Shown one piece after another: positions 1-9,130 of a DNA stretch of 51,049 nt. The notes below the pieces were generated by a model. That model saw only the letters and a list, made by a program, of their open reading frames with translations. It had not been told where the DNA came from and did no database searches. The stretch covers positions 1 through 51,049 of the forward strand of contig JWZX01003175.1 in assembly GCA_001275005.1 (NCBI GenBank), written 5' to 3'. This DNA is from Chrysochromulina tobinii. Lineage: Eukaryota. Numbering within the stretch: position 1 is the stretch's first letter; each line of letters opens with the position of its first letter. Position numbers and translations under genes: made by a program.

Positions 1-552
1 AAGAAGAAGAAGCGGGGCAGCAAGCAAGTGCTATTTGAAGTTGGCGCGAACGAATGCGACGTTCCTGGCGTCTCCGCAGGCGATGCAGCAGCAGGCGCTG
101 CAGCAACAAGCATTCCAGAGGCAAGCAATGCGGCTCTCAGTGGGGCCCTCACAACGTCCGTCTGTACCCAGCTGCGGCAACCAAAGAAGAAGGAGCGACA
201 GAGGCAAGCCCCCGCAAGTCCGAAGGCAGAGGCGGAGGAGCAAGCTCGCGAGCAGGCGGTGCAGACAGCGGCAACGGCGCAGGCTGCAACGGCAGCAGCA
301 GCGGCGAAGGAGGCGGAGCACCCGCCTCCCAACTTCATCTGCTCGATCACGCACGACCTCATGATCGACCCGGTCTCGGCTGCAGATGGCCATACCTACG
401 AGCGGCGTGCGATCGAGGAATGGCTCGTCGGCCACTCGACCAGTCCGATGACGGGCGCCGAGCTCGAGGTCAAGATGCTCTTCCCCAACCTCGCCATCCG
501 CTGTCTCATCCACACATGGCAGGAGGACCTGCGCTCGGCGGGAGCCTCATGA
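1..552 (+). CDS. U-box E3 ubiquitin ligase domain protein, 3' part (5' end outside window)
   Basis: Frame open from base 1 (KKKKRGSKQ...) to TGA at 550-552; C-terminal PPNFICSITHDLMIDPVSAADGHTYERRAIEEWL...TSPMTG...LFPNLAIRCLI is a canonical U-box. Confidence 0.9.
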   Translation, partial: KKKKRGSKQVLFEVGANECDVPGVSAGDAAAGAAATSIPEASNAALSGALTTSVCTQLRQPKKKERQRQAPASPKAEAEEQAREQAVQTAATAQAATAAAAAKEAEHPPPNFICSITHDLMIDPVSAADGHTYERRAIEEWLVGHSTSPMTGAELEVKMLFPNLAIRCLIHTWQEDLRSAGAS

Positions 553-652
553 TCGGCCAGCTGCACAACCGACTTTACTGTGCCGCACAAGCCAAGCGCT
601 GCCCTTGACCACGCTGCTGCATCAGACATGGGGGCTCCTCCTCTGGTCACTG

Positions 653-709
653 AAGACGCAGCGGACGCAGTGGGCTTACATAAGACGCAGCGGACGCAGT
701 GGGCTTACA
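653..709. repeat. 28-bp exact direct repeat x2
   Basis: aagacgcagcggacgcagtgggcttaca at 653-680 and 682-709. Confidence 0.9.
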
Positions 710-809
710 GGGTCGTGTCTAAAGAGATAGCAGTGCGTGCAGGCAGCCTCGAGACTGAGACCACGGAACAGACGATGAGACGAGACTCGAGAGTGTGTTA
801 CACTTTGGA

Positions 810-897
810 GCGTGCACAGCTGCAGGACCAAGCGCGGCGTGCACAGCTGCGGCGCGGCGTGCACAGCTGCAGGACTCTTGGGAGCGTGCACAGCTGC
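810..897. repeat. four copies of gcgtgcacagctgc with short variable spacers
   Basis: Copies at 810, 837, 857 and 884 in the region between two convergent genes. Confidence 0.85.
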
Positions 898-1424
898 AGG
901 GAGGAGCACGGCGCACGGCAGCACGCAGAGGTGCATGTTTGAGTCCGAGTGCACCGAGTGTAAGGGTCTTGTCGTGAGACAGTCCGTAAGTCCGAGAGCG
1001 TGCGCGCGCGCGGTGTCGACGGTACGCACCACACTAGATGACACGAAGTAAAAAGAAGTACGTACGAGTTTAACGACCCCCGCGCGCCGCGGAGCGGAAA
1101 CGGCACATCACGTCGGGGCGAGGCGCGAGGACGTGCGGGGGACGAGCGACCCGCAACGGCATGCAAGATCCAAGAAGCGTGGCGGTCTTCTCTGTGCATC
1201 ATGTGCACTTGTTACGTGGCGTGATGGGTGACACTCGAACGTAGCGTAAAAATCCTTATGCTTTCGTTTACGCCACTTGTAAATAAGTTCTAAAGTACAC
1301 GACAGTCCGCTCTCCTCGGTCTGTGTCGCTCATTGTCATCCCTCTGATACAATGTACTTACAATGTACTACAAGTGCGTCCTACACGATGCCATGCAATT
1401 CATGCATGATACTCAACAGCATGA

Positions 1425-4400
1425 TCAGGCGCCCTCGAGCGCCTCGATCGCTGTCTTCACTGCGGACACAACCTTCGACGCCTCCGCCTCGTCCCGTGGG
1501 CCATCGCGGCGCCACCGATCGTCGTCGAGGTGGCGCGCTGCATTCGCCCAAATGCGGAGCGAGTGCAGCCGATCTTTCAGGTCGGTCCGCATGCCACACT
1601 CGCGACGCCAATAGTTGATGCGCTCCTCAAAGCCCTCGGGCGCCAACGCCGCCCTTCCGGCATAGATGGCGTCGAGTCGAGACATCACGCTGCTGAACGC
1701 GAGCAGCATGTTGTCCTTGATGCCCTTGTGCGCATCGGAGCCCTTGCGCATCTCACGCACCTGCAGCGAGAGCGGCGTGGGCACGTAGCATGCCGCCGAG
1801 CTCGCGGGCTGCTCCGAGCTTGAAAGCACCGAGCCGTCGAGCGCGCCGCGGCCGGTGCCAGTGCTCCCATCGTCATCAGCCAGGCTCGTCAGCGTTGCCA
1901 GCGCGGTGGCTACCGTGAGCCTCTTCCGCACACTGCCGTGGCACAAACCCGACGCAGCAGACCGGACGACATCCTTGATCGCCACCGCCACGTGCGGCGG
2001 CCAGCCAGCCTCGGCATCGGCGAGCTTCACGGCATCGATGTCGGGGAAATCGAGCTCGAATGACTCCTCGCAATTGTCAATCATGTTGAGAGGCGATCGG
2101 CCAGTGAATGCTACAAGCAGTGTGATGCCCAGCGCCCAGCCATCGGTCGCTGACGAATACTCGCGTCCCTGGACGACCCCCGGGTCGAGATACCCGCGGG
2201 TCAGGTAGAGCGCATTCGACGCGCTCTTCATCTTCGATGCCTCGGGGTCGGCATCCATCTTGGCGAAGCCCGTGTCTGCGAGGTAGGCGTTGAGCTCGTC
2301 GTCGAGCAGAATGTTCTCCGGCTTGAAGTCGCGATGGACGACGGCGCCCTTGCCGCCAGGCACCGGCGTGTGCAGATAGAGCAGCGCGTCGGTCGCCTGC
2401 TGCAGGATGCGCAGGCGCTGGTGCCAAATCAGAGGGCTCAGCGACGCACCGAGGCCGAGGCGGCGCAGGTGCTCGGGGTCGGCCTCTTTTGGCCACAGCC
2501 GATCGGCGAAGCTGCCGCCGCGCATCAGCGGGAAGACGAGGCACGGCGCCTCGTGCTCAAGATAGTAGCCGAGCAGCGGCAGCAGGTGTGGGTGGCTGCA
2601 CTGCTGCAGCACATTCACCTCGCGCTGCAGATCGGCGAGATCGTGCACGCCCGACTTGGCGCGCTTGACGGCGACGGGCTTGTGGCGCAGCCACAGCGGC
2701 AGGCCCGCGGGCGGCAGCGACGGCAGCGCATCCGCGGTGAAGACGCGGCCGTAGCCGCCGCTGCCGATGAGCCTCTGCTCTCCAAAGCCGTCCGTCGCCG
2801 CCGTAAGCTCGGCGAGGGTGAGGGCGACGGCCGCAGGCGGCGCCGAGGGAGCCTCCGGGGCCACCGATGCTGGGTCCTCTTCTGCGGATGCTGAGCCTGC
2901 GGCAGGAGGCGACTGTGTGACCTCCAGCAGTGACAGCTTCGACAGGCTGGCTTGCATCATCTCCGACGCGTGCTTGCGACGCAGCTTCTGGCTCTCCTGC
3001 TTGCGCTTCTTGTGCAAGCGCTCGCGCATCGCCCTCGCCTCCGCCAACACACCCTCGCTCGCGCGCGCGTGGTGCTCCTCGATCGCACCAATCAGGCCCT
3101 CGTACTGCGAAGCCGCCATGGCCACACGCAGCGCCTCGTCAGCGGTGGCAGAAGGAGCGGGACCCACGACGCCCTCGTCGCCAGCTGGCACCGCCACCTC
3201 GGCGCTGCCACTCGCGGCCGCTGACGCACTCGTTAATGGCGCTCTCGCCTTGCTCGCCCCTGTCGGCTTGGCTTTGGCTTTCTTGCTCGCTTTCTTCTTC
3301 GGCGCCTGCTGCTTGTGCGCCCCCTCCGCCTCCTCCTCAGCCAGCAGAGCCGCAGCGGCAAGCTCAGCTGCCCGCTCGGCTGCCGCACGCTCCGCAATCG
3401 ACACCGGAGTGGCCGCAGCGATGGTCGCAGGTGGGTGCGTGCGTGCGAAGCGCCTGTAGCGCAGGAACGTTGCGATGGCGGTGTGGCCTTGGGCCTCTGC
3501 AACATCGAGGGCTGTGCCATTAGGCGATCGAAAGTCAGTGCGTGCGCCAGCATGCACGAGCAGCTTGACGATGTCGATCGAGCCCGCGAGACAAGCAGCG
3601 ATCAAAGGCGTGACGCCGTCGCTGGCTGCCTGGTCGACGGCGGCGTGGGCGGCGAGCAGCAGCTGCACGCAGTCGCCGTGGCCTTTGATGCAGGCGGCGT
3701 ACAGAGGCGTGGCGCCGTCGCTGGCTGCCTGGTCGACGACGGCGTGGGCGGCGAGCAGCTGCTGCACGCAGTCGCCGTGGCCTTTGATGCAGGCGGCGCT
3801 CAGAGGCGAGTTGCCGTTGCTGGCTGCCTTGTCGACGGCGGCGTGGGCGGCGAGCAGCAGATGCAAGCAGCTTCCGTGGCCTTTGATGCAGGCGGCGTAC
3901 AGAGGCGTGTCGCCGTCGCGGTCTGCCTGGTCGACGGCGGCGTGGGCGGCGAGCAGCAGCTGTACGCAGTCGCCGTCGCCTCTGTCGCAGGCGACGATCA
4001 GAGGCGTGGCGCCGTTGCGGTCTGCCTGGTCGACGATGGCGTGGGCGGCGAGCAGCAGCTGCACGCAGTCGCCGTGGCCTCTGTCGCAGGCGACGAGCAA
4101 AGGCGTGGCGCCGTCGCTGGCTGCCTGGTCGACGGCGGCGTGGGCGGCGAGCAGCAGCTGCACGCAGTCGCCGTGGCCTCCGTCGCAGGCAACGTACAGA
4201 GGCGTGGCGCCGTTGCGAGCTGCCTGGTCGACGATAGCGTGGGCGGCGAGCAGCAGCTGCACGCAGTCGCCGTGGCCTCTGTCACAGGCGGCGTACAGAG
4301 GCGTGGCGCCGTTGCGGTCTGCGTGGTCGACGATGGCGTGGGCGGCGAGCAGCAGCTGCACGCAGTCGCCGTGACCTCTGTCACAGGCGGCGTACAGAGG

Positions 4401-4904
4401 CGTGGCGCCGTTGCTGGCTGCCTGGTCGACGACGGCATGGGCGGCGAGCAGCAGCTGTACGCAGTCGCCGTCGCCTCTGTCGCAGGCGACGATCAGAGGC
4501 GTGATGCCGTTGCTGGCTGCCTGGTCGACGGCGGCGTGGGCGGCGAGCAGCAGCTGCACGCAGTCGCCGTGGCCTGTGATGCAGGCAACGTACAAAGGCG
4601 TGGCGCCGTCGCTGGCTGCCTGGTCGACGATGGCGTGGGCGGAGAGCAGCAGCTGCACGCAGTCGCCGTGGCCTTTGATGCAGGCGGCGTGCAAAGGCGT
4701 GGCGCCGTCGCTGTCTGCCTGGTCGACGGCGGCGTGGGCGGCGAGCAGCAGCCTCGTGCATTTAGGGTGACCAGTCTCACATGCAATACGCAGGCAAAGG
4801 TGGAGGTGGGCCGCTTCTTTCACGCTGTCGACGAGGCCCACAGCCTTGGCCTCGTCGCCGCGCCGGAGCGCGTCGACGATCGCGTCCAGGGTCACGATGC
4901 TCAT
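1425..4904 (-). CDS. Ankyrin-repeat + IRAK/Pelle(RLK)-like protein kinase + putative DUF4145/HEPN-like C-terminal domain protein (~1159 aa)
   Basis: ATG at 4904 (MSIVTLD); ~13 ankyrin repeats (TPL..AC..GH..CVQLLL); kinase motifs LTLAELTAATDGF..RLIGSGGYGRVF, VAVK, HRDFKPENILLD, DTG (for DFG), TRGYLDP; tail FEERINYW...LKDRLHSLRIWANAARH. Confidence 0.88.
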   Translation of the reverse strand: MSIVTLDAIVDALRRGDEAKAVGLVDSVKEAAHLHLCLRIACETGHPKCTRLLLAAHAAVDQADSDGATPLHAACIKGHGDCVQLLLSAHAIVDQAASDGATPLYVACITGHGDCVQLLLAAHAAVDQAASNGITPLIVACDRGDGDCVQLLLAAHAVVDQAASNGATPLYAACDRGHGDCVQLLLAAHAIVDHADRNGATPLYAACDRGHGDCVQLLLAAHAIVDQAARNGATPLYVACDGGHGDCVQLLLAAHAAVDQAASDGATPLLVACDRGHGDCVQLLLAAHAIVDQADRNGATPLIVACDRGDGDCVQLLLAAHAAVDQADRDGDTPLYAACIKGHGSCLHLLLAAHAAVDKAASNGNSPLSAACIKGHGDCVQQLLAAHAVVDQAASDGATPLYAACIKGHGDCVQLLLAAHAAVDQAASDGVTPLIAACLAGSIDIVKLLVHAGARTDFRSPNGTALDVAEAQGHTAIATFLRYRRFARTHPPATIAAATPVSIAERAAAERAAELAAAALLAEEEAEGAHKQQAPKKKASKKAKAKPTGASKARAPLTSASAAASGSAEVAVPAGDEGVVGPAPSATADEALRVAMAASQYEGLIGAIEEHHARASEGVLAEARAMRERLHKKRKQESQKLRRKHASEMMQASLSKLSLLEVTQSPPAAGSASAEEDPASVAPEAPSAPPAAVALTLAELTAATDGFGEQRLIGSGGYGRVFTADALPSLPPAGLPLWLRHKPVAVKRAKSGVHDLADLQREVNVLQQCSHPHLLPLLGYYLEHEAPCLVFPLMRGGSFADRLWPKEADPEHLRRLGLGASLSPLIWHQRLRILQQATDALLYLHTPVPGGKGAVVHRDFKPENILLDDELNAYLADTGFAKMDADPEASKMKSASNALYLTRGYLDPGVVQGREYSSATDGWALGITLLVAFTGRSPLNMIDNCEESFELDFPDIDAVKLADAEAGWPPHVAVAIKDVVRSAASGLCHGSVRKRLTVATALATLTSLADDDGSTGTGRGALDGSVLSSSEQPASSAACYVPTPLSLQVREMRKGSDAHKGIKDNMLLAFSSVMSRLDAIYAGRAALAPEGFEERINYWRRECGMRTDLKDRLHSLRIWANAARHLDDDRWRRDGPRDEAEASKVVSAVKTAIEALEGA
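3614..4750 (-). repeat. 99-bp coding tandem array (11 near-identical ankyrin repeats)
   Basis: Unit xTPLxxACxxGHGDCVQLLLAAHAxVDQAxxxG recurs every 33 codons with near-identical DNA. Confidence 0.95.
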
Positions 4905-5227
4905 AGGCCTGAGCTCTTCGGTCGTCTCTTCGATCGCAAAGGGCCCCTCGTGTCGTGCGTCATGACTCCCCTTGCTGCCGTGCGAAGCCCGATATGGTAA
5001 TATGCATGCATGCTCGGCCGGACAGGAAAGTTTGCAGCCAACAAAATGTGTGAACGTTAACACACGCGACAGGAACTTCGTTGCGACTTTCGCGTAATCC
5101 TCACACAGAATTTGAGCCTGCCCGCTCCAGCCTCCACGCGAGCACGCCACACGATCAGAGCCACCCGACCCCACAGGAGCACCGGACGATACTGTAATTT
5201 GTAAAGTAAGCCAACGCGTCCCCACTC

Positions 5228-8200
5228 TCACACCCCAAAGTCCGACGCATTGACGAGCGTCTGAGCTTCGCGCGGAGCCTCTCCGTCCGTACGGAGCCTC
5301 TCTGTGCGCACGATCCACGCGGGAGCGGCGCGTGCGGCCGGGGAGTCGAACAGCGAGGACACCGACACAATGAGCCCTCGCTTGTCGTCGTCATCCTCCT
5401 CCTCCGCTGCCTGCGCCGGCGCCGGCTCCTTCACCTCCTCCTCCTCCTTCCCGTACGCCACACGTCCGTTGCCGCCGCCGGCCTGCTGATTGCCGCTGAT
5501 TGCTGTTGATTGCTGCTTGGCTCGCAGCTTGGTCCGTTGGCGGCGCGCCTTGGCTTCCTCGAGCAGATCGAGCATCGCCCCACTCCCTTCGCCATTGGTG
5601 ACGATCGGCATCGGCTCGAGGCCGTAGCGTTCGTTGTGAGCCTGCTGCACTGCGCGCCGGCGGTCGGTCTCGTCAATGGCGCGCTTCATCGAGCCGGTCA
5701 CGCGGTCGGCAAAGAGCAGCGCCGTGCCACGTACGTGGCGCGCTGCACGCCCGATGGTCTGGATCAACGCTGTACTTGAGCGTAGGAAGCCCTCCTTGTC
5801 CGCGTCGAGCACCGCCACCAAGCTCACCTGATGAGGCGGCCCAGCTCTCAGTGCGATCTCAGAGGCGATCAGCGTCACTCAGCGTCACTCAGCCGCATTC
5901 CAAGGGTAATCAGCGTGGTAATCAGCGCCCATCAGCGCCCATTAGAGGCCATCAGAGGTCGTCAGAGGCCATCAGAGGCCATCAGCGCACCTCCGGCAAG
6001 TCAAGCCCCTCCCGTAGCAAGTTGACGCCCACGAGCACGCTCAGCTCGCCATTCCGCAGCGAGCGCAGCAGACGCACACGCTCGAGCGGTTTCGTGCCGG
6101 AGTGCATGTGCGCCGCCGCTAGCCCATGCTCGCGCAGTGTCGAGGCAAGCCGCTCCGCACTCTCGCGGGTGAGCACTGTGGCGAGCGTACGTTCGCCTAA
6201 TTTGGCACGCAGGGACGCCTCTGCGATGAGCTCGTCGAGCTGTGCCGCGCGTGGGCGGATCTGCAGAGGCGAGCAGAACTCATCAGAGGTCATCAGAGGC
6301 CATCAGAGGCCATCAGAGGCCATCATGAGGTCATCATAGGCCATCAGAGGCCATCAGAGGCCATCAGAGGCCATCAGAGGCTCATATGCGAGCGCACCTC
6401 CACCTGTGGGTCCACAATGTGCGTTGGTCGCAGCACAAGCTCTGGTAGCGACCCCATCGCCTCCTCACCCCCCCTCCTCCCCCTCCTCCCCCCCCGCCTC
6501 GCTCGCGCCGTACCGAGCGCCCCTTGCATGCGCGAGCTCGAACGCTCCTGGCGTGGCCGACACAAAGACCGCCGACGGTACGCGAGCCCAAAACTCATCG
6601 TGCGTGAGGGGGCGGTTATCGAGCGCCGAGGGCAGCCGGAAGCCATGCTCGACGAGGCAGAGCTTTCGGCGCCGATCGGCCGGGTACATGGCGCGTAGCT
6701 GCAGGGGCGCGCGACTCATCAGCAATTCGGAGATCGGGTTGGGGATGGGGGGGTGGGATGGGGGGGTGGGATGGGGGGTTGGGATGGGAGTTTGGGGTTG
6801 GGGTTGAGGTTGGGGTTGGGGTTGGGGTTGAGGTTGGGGTTGGGTCAGGTATTGGGGGGGATTGTCCATCAGCGTCACTCGAGCCGCACCTGTGGCAGCG
6901 CCACGTGTGACTCGTCCACAAGCAACAGATACTCCGGGGGGAAGTAGTCCAGCAAGGTCAGGGGGGCGGCACCGGCCGGTCGACCAGCGAGATGACGCGA
7001 GTAATTCTCGAGGCCCTGGGCCAAGCAGAGGCAACCAGAGGCTAATTAGACGCAATCTAGTTGGCCATCAGCGCCCCATCAGAGGCAATCAGAGGCAATC
7101 ATAAGTCACTCGGAGTGAGCGCCCCATCAAAAGTCACGGGCATCCCACCTTGCAGTATCCCTTGTGAACGAAATCCTCAAGGTCGGCACACACCCTCCCC
7201 TCAAGACGAGTCGCCTCGGCCAGCCGGCCATCCGCCCGGAGCGAGGCAAGACGAGCATCCAGCTCCGCCTTGACGTCGTGCAGCACACGCGCGCGCTCGC
7301 TCTCGGGCAGCACGTGGTGCGAGGCGGGGAAGAGGACGAGCTCGTCGGCGGCGCTTGAGACGGCGCTTGGGACGGCGCCGGCGCCGTCCGCCGCCGCAGT
7401 CGCTTCCGCCACGGCAAGCACCGCTGCGATTTCGTCTTCCTCGTCGATCAGAGCGCTTGTGGGGGCTTCGGAGATTGGATCTCGCATGATGGCCATTACC
7501 TGGACGGCGCCGCCCCCCGCCACCTCCGCCATCGGCGCTACCTGTGGAGACGTGTCCGCCTGCTGTGAATGGTCCGCTGTCCGTGAATGGTCCGCTGCCC
7601 GTGAATGGTCCGCTGTCCGTGAATGGTCCGCTGGCTGTGAATGGTCCGCTTGCTGGGGGAACTGCAATGCGAGCCGCACACGCACCGCCACCTCGGAGGC
7701 GACCGGATGCACACGCAGCTCATAGTCCGTGCTACCGCCACCTCCCACCGCCGCCAGGCTATACTCGCCGCGCTCGGGCTTAGCACGCGTGTCGGCCACA
7801 GGTTCATACTGCAAGCGCTGCAGCGCCGCGAGTAAGTGCGTGAGGGACGGGAGCGTGTGGCCCACACGCAGCGGAAGGGCTGCCTCCTGGTACTGGTCAG
7901 GGACTCCCAGCCCGTAGATGCAAGAGACTGAGGCGACGACCACCTGTGGGGCGATACGGGGCGTGCTCAGAGAGGCCATCAGAGAGGTCATCAGAGAGGT
8001 CGTCAGAGAGGTCATCAGATGAGAGGTCATCAGAGGAGCGGTCATCAGAGAAGGATCACGCAGAGCACTCACCACGTCAGTGCGCGAGAGCAGCGCCGCG
8101 GTGGCGGCATGACGAAGCCGGTCGATGTCTTCATTCACCGAGGCCGTCTTCTGCAAGTACACGTCAGCGGTGGGCTGATAGGACTCTGGCCTGTAGTAGT

Positions 8201-9047
8201 CATAATAGGACACGAAGTACTCGACGGCGTTGTGGGGAAAGAAGCCGCGCAGCTCCGCCCAGAGCTGAGCCGCGAGCACCTGCATGCAATGAGAGAGGCC
8301 ATCAGTGGCCGTCAGAGGCCATCCTCAGGTACGGGGCGCCGTGATGAGCACCTTGTTGGGCGCAAGGACGAGGGTCGGCCTGCCGGTGGTCGCAATGAGC
8401 TGTGCCATCGCAAAGGTCTTCCCCGTGCCCGTAGCCCCTTTGAGGACAAGACGCCGTGGACCCACCTTGGGCGCCGCGAGGGACGTAGCAAGGCGCTCGA
8501 CCACTCCCCGCTGCTCAGCAGTCGGTGGCCAGATCGAGCGGAGATCAAACGACCGATGGGCGCGAAGGTCGTCTCGCCCAACGAAGCTCTCTACCGCCTC
8601 TCGCTTCGCCTCTCGCGCCGCCTCGACGACACCCGCGTCGACCTCTTCGAAGGCCGCGAGCGTCTCCGCAGATAGGGACGGCACCGACGACTTGAGCGAC
8701 GCTGTCGGCGACGGCGTGAGCAAAGGGGCTGGCGTGGGCGGCAGCAACGGCGACAGCAACGGCGCGTCGGTGAGGCCACCCATGATGTCGTCGAGACTCG
8801 AGGGCGCCGTCGTGGGCGCCGGCTCGCGCGGCCGCCTCGTCAGTTGAATCTCATGCAGGAAGCGCAGCGCCGTGCTGAGCGTCGCCCGCAGCGCTGCCTC
8901 GTCGGCGGCCTCCTCGGTGTCCAGCTGGTGCCCGCGGATCCCGAGCCGGTGCGCCATCAACCGGCGCTGCCGCTTGGCGCTCGCCGCAATGGCACCCGCG
9001 GTCGTCGAGGCCGTCGTCCAGCGTGGGTCTGTCGGCAGCCGCAGGAC
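5228..9047 (-). CDS. uvrB: UvrB-like excinuclease helicase portion (exons 9047-8352, 8279-8073, 7943-7149, 7015-6890, 6698-6398, 6260-5991, 5827-5228); probably fused to upstream UvrC portion; one +1 frameshift near 6468-6474
   Basis: GATGTGKT Walker [57 protein letters not shown] Walker [60 protein letters not shown]; motifs rejoin exactly across phase-0 GT-AG introns. Confidence 0.93.
5828..5990 (-). repeat. Intron containing 10-bp GATGGCCTCT-type tandem repeat
   Basis: GT..AG boundaries restore DLPE|VSLV; ccatcagagg units on + strand near 5930-5985. Confidence 0.85.
6261..6397 (-). repeat. Intron composed largely of (GATGGCCTCT)n
   Basis: About ten ccatcagagg-like units at 6281-6381; boundaries restore DPQVE|IRP. 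Confidence 0.9.
6740..6860 (+). repeat. Intronic G-rich tract with (TTGGGG)n-like repeat
   Basis: ttggggttggggttgaggttggggttgggg... at 6792-6844 inside intron 6699-6889. Confidence 0.85.
7565..7650 (-). repeat. 18-bp coding repeat x5 (ADHSxx) inserted in UvrB
   Basis: gtgaatggtccgct core repeated with 18-bp period. Confidence 0.9.
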
Positions 9048-9130
9048 CTGTGTGACCAGCAGCGGGGGGGGGGTGGTGAGTATGGAGGAGGAGGGGGAGG
9101 GGGGCGTGGGTCTGTCCGCAGCCGCAGCAC

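Noticed and set aside
810..897. Repeat-spacer pattern resembling a mini CRISPR array
   Set aside because: Repeats are only 14 bp with 6-13 bp spacers, eukaryotic context, no cas genes
3315..5000. 561-aa plus-strand ORF and other overlapping ORFs
   Set aside because: Antisense/alternative-frame shadows of the GC-rich ankyrin array
4905..5318. 138-aa N-terminal extension of the ankyrin-kinase ORF in the ORF track
   Set aside because: Non-ATG start, overlaps the uvrB stop, crosses AT-richer promoter-like DNA; ATG 4904 fits better
6792..6844. Telomere or chromosome end
   Set aside because: Short, interrupted TTGGGG tract lying inside an intron with coding exons on both sides
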